Made by a program: the position numbers and the translations under genes
Notes under the pieces: model-generated
The model's input: only the letters and a program-made list of their open reading frames with translations
The model's database searches: none
What the model was told of the DNA's origin: nothing
Origin: an uncultured Bacteroidota bacterium
GTDB lineage: Bacteria; Bacteroidota; Bacteroidia; Bacteroidales; DTGW01
Direction: 5' to 3'
DNA: 64,000 nucleotides
NCBI GenBank assembly: GCA_963701015.1
Contig: OY969556.1
Location: 650,411 to 714,410, forward strand
Shown here: in pieces, positions 56,074 to 64,000 of the stretch
Layout of the letters: every line of letters starts with the position of its first letter
Numbering within the stretch: the stretch's first letter is position 1

Positions 56074-57426
56074 TTATTCAGGAATTATTCCAACATAATT
56101 TTGAGGGGTTATGCTTTTTAATTCTTTTTTGATATTTTCTGGAACTTCAAGATTTTCTATAAAAGTTTGAATAGATTCTTTATCTATTGGTTTACCAGTT
56201 CTGGTTAATGTTTTTAGAGCTTCATAGGGATTAGGAAACCCTTCTCTACGTAAAATAGTTTGAATAGCTTCAGCAACAACGGCCCAGTTTTTTTCTAAAT
56301 CATTATAAATTGTTTCACTGTTGATGATAACTTTACTTAAACCTTTATTTAGCGATTTGAATGCAATAAGTGAATGAGCAAATGGAACGCCAATATTTCT
56401 TAACACCGTGGAATCGGTCAAGTCGCGCTGCAATCTCGAAATTGGTAGCTTTGCCGATAAGTGTTCAAAAATGGCATTTGCAAATCCAAAATTTCCTTCG
56501 GCATTCTCAAAATCAATAGGATTAACTTTATGAGGCATGGCGGAGGAGCCAATTTCATCTTTTTTAATTTTCTGTTTAAAATAATCCAGTGAAATATATG
56601 TCCAAAAGTCCCTTGATAAATCAATTAAAATTGTATTAATACGCTTCATAGCATCCATTAATGACGACAAGTTATCGTAATGCTCAATTTGTGTTGTTGT
56701 TTGCGAACGATTGAGTCCTAATTGGTTATTAATGAAGTTATTGGCAAATAATATCCAATTTATTTCAGGATATGCAACGAAATGAGCATTGAAATTACCT
56801 GTTGCACCACCAAACTTTGCTGAAAATGGAACTTTCAACAATTGATTTTTCTGCACTTTTATTCTTTCTGAAAAAACTTTAATTTCTTTGCCCAATCGGG
56901 TAGGAGAGGCAGGTTGTCCGTGAGTTCGTGCTAACATTGGAATGTTCATCCATTCATTGGAAAACGAATCGAGCAATTCAATTAGTTTATTTAAATTAGG
57001 AATATATATCTGTTCTACGGCTTCTTTTATTGATTGCGGTATTGCTGTATTGTTAATATCCTGCGATGTTAATCCAAAATGAATAAATTCTTTGAAATCG
57101 GATAATTGTAAGGAATCGAATTTTTTCTTTACAAAATATTCAACTGCTTTAACGTCGTGATTTGTCGTCTTTTCAATTTCCTTAATTTGAGATGCATCGT
57201 TTAAAGAAAAATTCAGATATATTTCTCTCAATTTTTCAAAATTAATTTTATTGAATTTTTGCAATTGAGGAAGAGGTAATTCGCACAAAGCAATAAAATA
57301 TTCTATTTCAATTCTTACTCTATATTTAATTAAGCCAAATTCTGAAAAAAAAGGTGAAAGCTCTTCGATTTTTTCCCTGTATCTGCCATCAACAGGTGAA
57401 ACGGATGTTAATGAATTTAATTCCAT
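56074..57426 (-). CDS. purB: Adenylosuccinate lyase
   Basis: Fumarate-lyase signature GSSAMPHKVNP, 450 aa. Confidence 0.93.
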   Translation of the reverse strand: MELNSLTSVSPVDGRYREKIEELSPFFSEFGLIKYRVRIEIEYFIALCELPLPQLQKFNKINFEKLREIYLNFSLNDASQIKEIEKTTNHDVKAVEYFVKKKFDSLQLSDFKEFIHFGLTSQDINNTAIPQSIKEAVEQIYIPNLNKLIELLDSFSNEWMNIPMLARTHGQPASPTRLGKEIKVFSERIKVQKNQLLKVPFSAKFGGATGNFNAHFVAYPEINWILFANNFINNQLGLNRSQTTTQIEHYDNLSSLMDAMKRINTILIDLSRDFWTYISLDYFKQKIKKDEIGSSAMPHKVNPIDFENAEGNFGFANAIFEHLSAKLPISRLQRDLTDSTVLRNIGVPFAHSLIAFKSLNKGLSKVIINSETIYNDLEKNWAVVAEAIQTILRREGFPNPYEALKTLTRTGKPIDKESIQTFIENLEVPENIKKELKSITPQNYVGIIPE

Positions 57427-57442
57427 AGTATTTCTTAAAGTA

Positions 57443-57450
57443 CAAAGTTA
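57443..57450 (-). promoter_or_regulatory. Bacteroidota-type -7 promoter box (TAACTTTG on the minus strand)
   Basis: Exact match 16 nt upstream of the purB ATG, which implies a very short leader. Confidence 0.4.
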
Positions 57451-57480
57451 AAAATTTAAACGAAATAAAATGAAAAGTAA

Positions 57481-58326
57481 TTATTGATGAAAATCAACAT
57501 TAGCTTGATATTCCCATTTATTTCCAATAAATTTTAAACCATCGAATGAAAAGTCGGGGCCATAAAATTTATAGTCGCCATTATATAAAGGTGAGGGTGG
57601 CGAAAGATGATCGAAAATAATCATCTTTAAACGATTGTCAAATCTTAAACTCATTGTTGCGTTAATGGAATATTCGAACAAAATTCGGTTTTGCAGACTA
57701 TTGTTATAGACAAATATAGGAGAACCAAAAACTGGCTTATGTAAATCGTCAAAATACATCGATTCTATTATTTTTTTATTGGTGAATAAACTGTTGAAGT
57801 GCATTCCTAATAAGGTATAATATATTTTCCCTGAAATTTTCTCGGGAATTATTTCGTAATATAAAGCACCAAACCAGTTTTTATCATCAAACACTGCATT
57901 ATTTATGTTACCTGTAAAATTTTGAGATTTATCATTTAGAAAAATTAGTTTACATATTGAATCTTTACGTGGATTCAATTGAAGAATTGCGTAAAATTTG
58001 TTGGAAGCATCTGCTAATTGAATATTCCATGTAAATAACCTGAATTTATTATCAGGAGAATACACTTTTCCAATTCGTTTCAAACTATCAAATGGATTTG
58101 AATAATTAATTGCTTGTGATAAAATTTTTTCCAAATCTTCACCAATCATTTTACCAATGTACAATCGATTACTGTCATTGTCAATATATTTTGTGCTATC
58201 AATTAAATGATTAATTTTTAAACATTTCTCATTTATTTCAAATAATCTTGTTTTTTCCTGCCCTGAAAGCATTAAATTGATTAAAAAAGCACAAATGAAA
58301 AGAACTACAAAAACTCTTCTATTCAT
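57481..58326 (-). CDS. Hypothetical secreted protein
   Basis: Signal peptide and no recognised domain. Confidence 0.55.
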   Translation of the reverse strand: MNRRVFVVLFICAFLINLMLSGQEKTRLFEINEKCLKINHLIDSTKYIDNDSNRLYIGKMIGEDLEKILSQAINYSNPFDSLKRIGKVYSPDNKFRLFTWNIQLADASNKFYAILQLNPRKDSICKLIFLNDKSQNFTGNINNAVFDDKNWFGALYYEIIPEKISGKIYYTLLGMHFNSLFTNKKIIESMYFDDLHKPVFGSPIFVYNNSLQNRILFEYSINATMSLRFDNRLKMIIFDHLSPPSPLYNGDYKFYGPDFSFDGLKFIGNKWEYQANVDFHQ

Positions 58327-58409
58327 ATCTTAAAAATTAGGAAATTCAAAATTAAACTAAATCGAAAAGATTGATGTTAAATTGGAGGATATTGACTTTA
58401 GGAAAACAA

Positions 58410-59117
58410 TTATTTAATAATTAAATTCAAATCGTTCATTAGTTTTTCACGATATGATTTGCCAATTGGAACAGATTTGTCACCATCAATAGTTTTAATT
58501 ATTATAGCATTGTCGTCAATTATTTTAATGGAATTTGTATTGACTATATATGAGCGATGAACACGGGTAAACTTATTGGAAGGTAGTTTTTGTTCAGCCG
58601 CTTTCATTGTATAATGTATGGTGTATTTGTCATTATAAGTATTGAATATTACATAATTTTCCAATGCTTCTATCCATAGAATATCTTCGTACTTCAACCT
58701 CACAAGCGATGAATTTTTTTTAATGAATATTTCATCTTTGCCAACCGAACCAATATTCCCATCGCGCTGATGGCGACTTAATGCTTTGTCAACTGCTTTG
58801 TAAAAACGGGCATATGCAACAGGCTTGAGTAAATAATCGGTAACATCATATTCAAAAGCATTAATTGCATATTTGCCTTTTGAAGAAATTATAATGATTT
58901 GAGGTGCAATTTTTAAAGTATCAAGGAAATCAATTCCGGTCATTTCCGGCATTTCAATATCTAAAAATATTAAATCAACTTCATGTTGTTTCAAAAAATT
59001 AATTGCCTCTACAGCAGCTGAAAATGAACCTAAAAGCGATAGATTTTCGGTTTTATTTATAAATTCTTCTATTACCCTTCTAGATAATTTATCGTCGTCT
59101 ATAATTATACAATTCAT
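58410..59117 (-). CDS. LytR/AlgR-family (LytTR) response regulator
   Basis: REC (IFLDIEMPEMTG) plus a LytTR DNA-binding domain (FTRVHRSYIVN). Confidence 0.9.
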   Translation of the reverse strand: MNCIIIDDDKLSRRVIEEFINKTENLSLLGSFSAAVEAINFLKQHEVDLIFLDIEMPEMTGIDFLDTLKIAPQIIIISSKGKYAINAFEYDVTDYLLKPVAYARFYKAVDKALSRHQRDGNIGSVGKDEIFIKKNSSLVRLKYEDILWIEALENYVIFNTYNDKYTIHYTMKAAEQKLPSNKFTRVHRSYIVNTNSIKIIDDNAIIIKTIDGDKSVPIGKSYREKLMNDLNLIIK

Positions 59118-59139
59118 CTACAAAAAGATTGCTTTTATC

Positions 59140-59147
59140 CAAAGATA
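59140..59147 (-). promoter_or_regulatory. Bacteroidota-type -7 promoter box (TATCTTTG on the minus strand)
   Basis: Exact match 22 nt upstream of the ATG at 59117. Confidence 0.4.
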
Positions 59148-59213
59148 ATAGTTTTTTGTCAAAACAGTTAAAATTTGTTGGATATAATTTTTGGAATTCC
59201 AAAGAACTCGGCT

Positions 59214-59900
59214 TTATTTTAAATTATTCTTCTCCAGGTTCTGATAATAATGTTTTTCAATTAATTCAGCCTTTTTGATCGAATTTTTCAACCAATTTAT
59301 TTTTAACTTATCCTTTTCATATTGTGTTAATTTCCAGGATATTTCTGATTTAAATAATTTTAAAGTCAGGTAATGCAATATTAATGCTACAGAAACTGAA
59401 ATATTCAGACTTTCAGTAAAACCAAAAGTTGGAATTGTAAGAAATTCATCAGCTAATTCTTCCACTTCGTGAGAAATACCTGTAAGTTCGGTACCAAAAA
59501 TAATTGCCGACTTTCCTTTGTAAATATCAAAATTTTCAAGTGAAATACTATTTTTATGAACAGTGGTTGCAATTAATCTATAACCCTCTGATTTTAGAGT
59601 TTGTAAGCATTGTTTGGAATTATTGATTTGATGATTGTATTTTGTTAAACTGAGCCATTGTTCAGATCCCATTGCAATTTGATCATTTGGGGAATACTTG
59701 TTTCGGTTTTCGATAACATGAATATCTTGTATTCCAAAGCAATCACAAGTACGTAAAATAGCATTTGCATTATGTGGCTGATAAATATCTTCTAATACAA
59801 CGGTAAGATATTTAGTTCTCGATTCTAATATTTTATTCAGTAAATGAATTCTATTTTCATTTACAAAACCTTCAAGATATTGAATAAACTGTTGTTCCAT
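59214..59900 (-). CDS. SpoU/TrmH-family RNA 2-prime-O-methyltransferase
   Basis: SpoU motifs (NANAILRTCDCFG, IFGTELTGIS, IPTFGFTESLNISVS). The ORF is open to 59948, but that extension overlaps the hup terminator, so the ATG at 59900 (MEQQFIQY) is preferred. Confidence 0.8.
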   Translation of the reverse strand: MEQQFIQYLEGFVNENRIHLLNKILESRTKYLTVVLEDIYQPHNANAILRTCDCFGIQDIHVIENRNKYSPNDQIAMGSEQWLSLTKYNHQINNSKQCLQTLKSEGYRLIATTVHKNSISLENFDIYKGKSAIIFGTELTGISHEVEELADEFLTIPTFGFTESLNISVSVALILHYLTLKLFKSEISWKLTQYEKDKLKINWLKNSIKKAELIEKHYYQNLEKNNLK

Positions 59901-59911
59901 AAAGTAAATGG

Positions 59912-59945
59912 AATAAAAAAAGGAGTACAATAATTGCACTCCTTT
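59912..59945 (-). terminator. Intrinsic terminator of hup
   Basis: On the minus strand, AAAGGAGTGCAA-TTA-TTGTACTCCTTT (one G-U pair) runs straight into a T-tract. Confidence 0.6.
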
Positions 59946-59963
59946 CAAAAAAGGAATTAAACC

Positions 59964-60242
59964 TTATTTTTGAACTGCGCTAGTTAAATCGCTACCTGCT
60001 TTGAACTTAACAACTTTTTTGGCAGCAATTTTAATTTCCTTACCGGTTTGTGGATTTCTACCGGTTCTTGCACTTCTTTTTGCTACTGCAAATGAACCAA
60101 AACCTACTAAGGCTACACGGTCACCTTTTTTCAATGCTACTGTGGTAGCTTTAATGAAAGCATCTAATGCTTTTTTTGAGTCAGCTTTTGTCAATTTTGA
60201 TTCTGCTGCAATTGCATCAATAAGTTGAGCTTTGTTTGCCAT
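59964..60242 (-). CDS. hup: HU-family DNA-binding protein
   Basis: [26 protein letters not shown] arm motif, 92 aa. Confidence 0.92.
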   Translation of the reverse strand: MANKAQLIDAIAAESKLTKADSKKALDAFIKATTVALKKGDRVALVGFGSFAVAKRSARTGRNPQTGKEIKIAAKKVVKFKAGSDLTSAVQK

Positions 60243-60293
60243 GATAATAATTTTTTAGGGTTACTAATTAAATTACTTAATAATATATACACA

Positions 60294-60301
60294 CAAATAT
60301 A
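60294..60301 (-). promoter_or_regulatory. Bacteroidota-type -7 promoter box (TATATTTG on the minus strand)
   Basis: Exact match 52 nt upstream of the hup ATG. Confidence 0.45.
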
Positions 60302-60543
60302 TGTATTTTCTGGTGTTCTGCAAGTGTTTTGTAAAAAAAAATCACTTGGAACCGTTGATAACACAAAGGGTACGATTTAACTTAAAGGAATAGATGCAGT
60401 TGTGTAAAGCGCTGAACTACTTTTATTTATGCGAAAGGCTTGAATCGGTTAGGGTTGTTGATAATTATGTAAATATTTTTTTTGATTTTAAAGGGAAAGC
60501 AGGAAAAAATATTCATTTTTTTTTTCAATGAAAAAGAAAATGT

Positions 60544-60551
60544 TACTTTTG
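60544..60551 (+). promoter_or_regulatory. Bacteroidota-type -7 promoter box (TACTTTTG)
   Basis: Exact match 17 nt upstream of tRNA position 1. Confidence 0.5.
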
Positions 60552-60567
60552 TCGCCACAAATTTTAT

Positions 60568-60657
60568 GGAGAAATGGCAGAGCGGTCGAATGCGGCGGTC
60601 TTGAAAACCGTTGTCCGGGCAACTGGACCAGGGGTTCGAATCCCTTTTTCTCCGCCA
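60568..60657 (+). tRNA. tRNA-Ser (anticodon UGA), with encoded CCA
   Basis: Manual fold: acceptor GGAGAAA/TTTCTCC, D-arm GCA..TGC, anticodon stem GCGGT/ACCGT with loop CTTGAAA, a long variable arm (TGTCCGGGCAACTGGACC), T-loop GGTTCGAATCC, discriminator G and CCA. Confidence 0.9.
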
Positions 60658-60678
60658 AGCAAGAATCAAATTCAATTA

Positions 60679-60720
60679 AAACCGCTTAAACATCAATATT
60701 TAAGCGGTTTTTTATTTTTT
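60679..60720 (+). terminator. Intrinsic terminator after tRNA-Ser
   Basis: A perfect 12-bp stem AAACCGCTTAAA/TTTAAGCGGTTT with an 8-nt loop, followed by TTTATTTTTT. Confidence 0.75.
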
Positions 60721-61343
60721 CTCCATCAAATCAATTAATAAAATACCAAAGCTTAGAATACTAATTCGAATAACTTAATTCGGAATTTGAATAAATATTA
60801 TGTTTCGTTAGTTCCGGCCGGTTCATTTTAGAACTTTTAAATTTGGTGCAAGAGCGCGTTTGCCAACTCAGATTAAAGCGCAAATTATTTTTTGATAAAT
60901 GCAAAGTAAATACTACTATATATAAAGATGCATAGTTTCTCCATTTATTGAATTAAAAATTAAGCTCTTATTTAAAGGATAATTGCGGCCTATTTAGAAT
61001 ATAAAAAACTTGCTTTCATTCTGGCTAGCCATTTTATGGAAAATATAATTTCAGCAAAATTAATTTAACATAAAAATAGTTTCAATTTTATCAATTTCGC
61101 CTCAACTTCAGCAAATACCATAGGAAAACTTATAATTACATTCATATCTTCAAATCCCAATGTTTTATATTAACTTTATATACGATTTTTTAATTACAAA
61201 TAAAATGATAATCAATAAGGTTAAGCCGTATATGAATTATAAATCTGTTAATTACACTTTTTTAACTTTTACTTAAATTATCCTTTATTTTAATTAAAAA
61301 GTCATAAATCATTTTTATTTATGGACTGAATAATTAAAATATA

Positions 61344-64000
61344 ATGAGTACAGAAGATAATAAAGGTTCAACTTTCATTGAAAATGAACCCATCCGAAAA
61401 GAAAAGATTTTTTTTAATCTTGTTATTGGAATAGCTGCAATTATTACTGTGGGTCTTGGCTTATTGTGTTTTGTACTTCCTCATAATATAATTCGTTGGG
61501 TTACTGTAATAATTATATTTGATGCTGCATGTTTTGTTTTATTGAAAATAAATAAAAAAGGTAAAACTGATATTGCTTCGAAACTTTTTGTTGTTTTTAT
61601 TTTTTCACTAATAATAGGTTTGGCATGGACTGCAGGTGGAATTAAGGCACATTCTATTCAGTTTTTACCATTAGTTGTTGTGACTGCTGGATTATTACTT
61701 GGCTGGAGGGCTGGTTTTATAGTCAGTACTTTTGGAATTTTATTTAGTTTGGTGTTGGTAATTGCTGAATTCAAAGGAATTTTACCTTCGAATTTAGTTA
61801 TAGCAAATCCAATTAGTTTATGGGTAGTAGCAGCTTTAAATATAAGCGCATTGGCATTATTACAATACTTATTAATTTCGAAACTCAACCGATCTTTGGC
61901 ATATGCAAAAAATGAATTATCACTTCGCATAAATGCTGAAAAAACTCTTCAACTTAATGAAGCCCATTATAAGACTATTTTTGAAAATGCAAATGATGCC
62001 ATATTTTTAATGAAGGAAGATATTTTTATCAATTGCAACCCTAAAACCTTAGAATTATTTGGTTGTCTCCGTGAACAAATAATAAACCATACACCATACG
62101 CTTTTTCGCCAATTTATCAGCCTGATGGCAATCTTTCAGAAGTTAAAGCCCTTAATTATATTAAACTAGCTTTAAATGGCATTCCCCAGCGTTTTGAATG
62201 GCAACATTGTCGTTTCGATAAAAGTAATTTTGAAGCTGAGGTTTCATTAAATAAATTAGAAATTAATAATGAAATATTAATACAGGCAATTGTAAGAGAT
62301 ATATCTAATCGCAAGCAATCTGAAATACTTTTAAAAGAAAAGTCTGATGAGCTTGAAGCGCAAAATGAAGAATACCTGCAAATTAATGAAGAACTCAACC
62401 AAATAAATGAGGAATTAGTTGAAGCCAAAGAAAAAGCTGAAGAAAGTGAGGCAAAATTAAAAGCCATGTTCGAAAGCTCAAGAGATGCAATAGGTGTTGC
62501 AAAAAAGGGAATCCACATTTATGCCAATCCATCCTATCTAAAATTATTTGGTTTTGATACAAATGAAGATATTTTTGGGACTTCTATATTTGATAGCATT
62601 GCTCCAAGCCATCGTCAAATGATGCATGATTATGTTCAACGCAGGTCTGCAGGTGAATCAGTTCCAAAATTTTATGAATCTCGTGGTATAATGAAGGACG
62701 GTACTGAATTTGATGCAGAGTTTAGTGTTTCAACATATGAATTGAATGATGAAATTTATTCTCTTGCCAGCATACGCGATATTACAGATCGCAAAAAGGC
62801 TGAAAGAAATTTACAAGTTTCGGAAGAAAAGTTTTTCAAATTATTTCATTCAAGTCCGGATGCTATTTTATTAACCGAATTGCAATCGGGTAAGATTATC
62901 GAAATTAACAGGAGTTTCGAAAAATTATCAGGCTTTAATCGATATGAAGCAATAAACCATACTGCTTTGGAATTGAATATGTTTCGACCTGAAGATCGTC
63001 AAAAATTTGTCTCCTTGCTTAAACAAAATGGTAGTTTTCGAAATGTTGAATTTAACAATAAAAATAAAGCAGGGGAAGACCTTATAATATTAGCATCTGC
63101 TGAATTGATAGAAATAAGTAATGAACAACATGCTATTACAATTCTTCACGATATCACCGAACGCAAACATGCAGAAGAAGAATTAAAAAAAAGTGAAGAA
63201 AAATACAGCAGAATTGTTAATACGGCAACAGAAGGTATTGTAATTGTTGACAAAGCTATAAATATAGTTTTTGTCAATTTACAATTTACCAAAATGCTTG
63301 GATTCGAAGAAAAAGAACTAATAGGAAAGCCTTTCACTAATTTTATTAAAAAGGAAGATATTCCTGTTTTACATAATATGGTTGAAACCAGGCGTCAAGG
63401 GTTACCTGATAAAGCTGAAAGAAGTTTATTAAGAAAAGATGGTACTGAAATTTGGGTGCTTGTTTCAGCTACTCCAATTATGGACGAAATTGAAGGGTTT
63501 CAGGGTTCATTCTCAATGCTTACTGATATAACAGAAAGAAAAAACGCTGAAATTGCTTTGCGGAAAAGTGAGGAGCGTTTTCGGCTTATTCTTGAAAATA
63601 TGCCAATTTTATTAAATGCATTTGATAATGAGGGAAATATAATATCCTGGAACAAAGCTTGTGAAGTAGCTACAGGTTATAAGGAGGAAGAGGCTAAATC
63701 AAATCCAAAGATAATGGAATTATTATATCCCGATCCTGATTATCGAACATTGGTGTGGAACGCATCTTCCGATCAATTAAAACAAAATAATGCATTTGAT
63801 TTGGTTGCTAAAGATGGCAATATTCATACTATTGAATGGTTTGACACATACCATATTTTAAAAATTCCTGGTTGGGATTCATGGGGAATGGGATTAGACA
63901 TAACTGAGCGTAATCAAGCTCAAACAGCACTTAAAAAGAGCGAAGATAGATTTAGAAATATGGCTGATTTATTACCTCAAGCAATTTTTGAAACTGATAC
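61344..64000 (+). CDS. Membrane-anchored multi-PAS sensor protein (probable histidine kinase), truncated at the 3-prime end by the window edge
   Basis: My own translation from the ATG at 61344 stays open to the window end. It shows about 5 N-terminal TM helices and at least 5 PAS-like units separated by ITERK/ITDRK-type linkers. The listed minus-strand ORFs inside it are shadows. Confidence 0.85.
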   Translation, partial: MSTEDNKGSTFIENEPIRKEKIFFNLVIGIAAIITVGLGLLCFVLPHNIIRWVTVIIIFDAACFVLLKINKKGKTDIASKLFVVFIFSLIIGLAWTAGGIKAHSIQFLPLVVVTAGLLLGWRAGFIVSTFGILFSLVLVIAEFKGILPSNLVIANPISLWVVAALNISALALLQYLLISKLNRSLAYAKNELSLRINAEKTLQLNEAHYKTIFENANDAIFLMKEDIFINCNPKTLELFGCLREQIINHTPYAFSPIYQPDGNLSEVKALNYIKLALNGIPQRFEWQHCRFDKSNFEAEVSLNKLEINNEILIQAIVRDISNRKQSEILLKEKSDELEAQNEEYLQINEELNQINEELVEAKEKAEESEAKLKAMFESSRDAIGVAKKGIHIYANPSYLKLFGFDTNEDIFGTSIFDSIAPSHRQMMHDYVQRRSAGESVPKFYESRGIMKDGTEFDAEFSVSTYELNDEIYSLASIRDITDRKKAERNLQVSEEKFFKLFHSSPDAILLTELQSGKIIEINRSFEKLSGFNRYEAINHTALELNMFRPEDRQKFVSLLKQNGSFRNVEFNNKNKAGEDLIILASAELIEISNEQHAITILHDITERKHAEEELKKSEEKYSRIVNTATEGIVIVDKAINIVFVNLQFTKMLGFEEKELIGKPFTNFIKKEDIPVLHNMVETRRQGLPDKAERSLLRKDGTEIWVLVSATPIMDEIEGFQGSFSMLTDITERKNAEIALRKSEERFRLILENMPILLNAFDNEGNIISWNKACEVATGYKEEEAKSNPKIMELLYPDPDYRTLVWNASSDQLKQNNAFDLVAKDGNIHTIEWFDTYHILKIPGWDSWGMGLDITERNQAQTALKKSEDRFRNMADLLPQAIFETD

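Noticed and set aside
60427-60675. An 82-aa minus-strand ORF.
   Set aside because: It overlaps the well-folded tRNA-Ser gene on the opposite strand, and its reading depends on that GC-rich tRNA sequence. It is spurious.
60568-61343. A genomic island integrated at tRNA-Ser.
   Set aside because: There is no integrase or mobility gene, and no direct repeat of the tRNA 3-prime end is visible in the downstream 3.4 kb. The next gene is an ordinary multi-PAS sensor.
1-64000. CRISPR arrays, IS elements or transposases, prophage genes, reverse transcriptases (retron/DGR) and toxin-antitoxin pairs.
   Set aside because: I scanned all intergenic regions and unassigned ORFs. I found no regularly spaced direct repeats, no DDE/serine/tyrosine recombinase-like or RT-like translations, and no small paired ORFs of TA type.

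Overview
The window is AT-rich, compact chromosomal DNA, about 90% coding by eye. It looks Bacteroidota-like: TAnnTTTG -7 promoter boxes recur 15-100 nt upstream of start codons, several proteins carry CarboxypepD_reg-type N-domains on outer-membrane (OM) proteins, and there is a 7TMR-DISM sensor and an HU gene. I call about 55 CDS, one tRNA-Ser(UGA), several intrinsic terminators and a set of -7 boxes.

Most content falls into three groups:
- Housekeeping: plsY, cdaA, lipA, engB, prs, rplY, pth, miaA, fmt, ribBA, purB, hup.
- Envelope and transport: three ABC systems, an APC permease, MFS, LysE, an LptF/G-family permease, and GT2/GT4 glycosyltransferases.
- Two-component signalling, which is unusually dense: two tandem hybrid PAS kinases, a 7TMR-DISM kinase with a NarL-type regulator, a truncated multi-PAS sensor, and four further REC proteins.

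I see no CRISPR array, transposase, integrase, prophage or canonical defence island, and nothing I can confidently call a new system. The candidates most worth a second look are:
- an operon (52847-55716) encoding a lipoprotein, a small OM barrel and an exported caspase-like (peptidase C14) protein;
- a YtrA-type GntR/ABC operon with a clear AGTGTA-N12-TACACT operator over its promoter, plus an unusual fourth gene;
- a free-standing NUMOD4/HNH homing-endonuclease-like gene with no phage or intron context;
- two independent +1 frame disruptions, one in prs (normally essential) and one in a GT4 glycosyltransferase inside a translationally coupled operon;
- a lipoprotein with a GroEL-like Gly-Gly-Met repeat tail;
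- a 13-bp-stem, 48-nt-loop hairpin in a GC-enriched spacer.

All functional calls rest on motifs I recognise in the translations. No database search was run.
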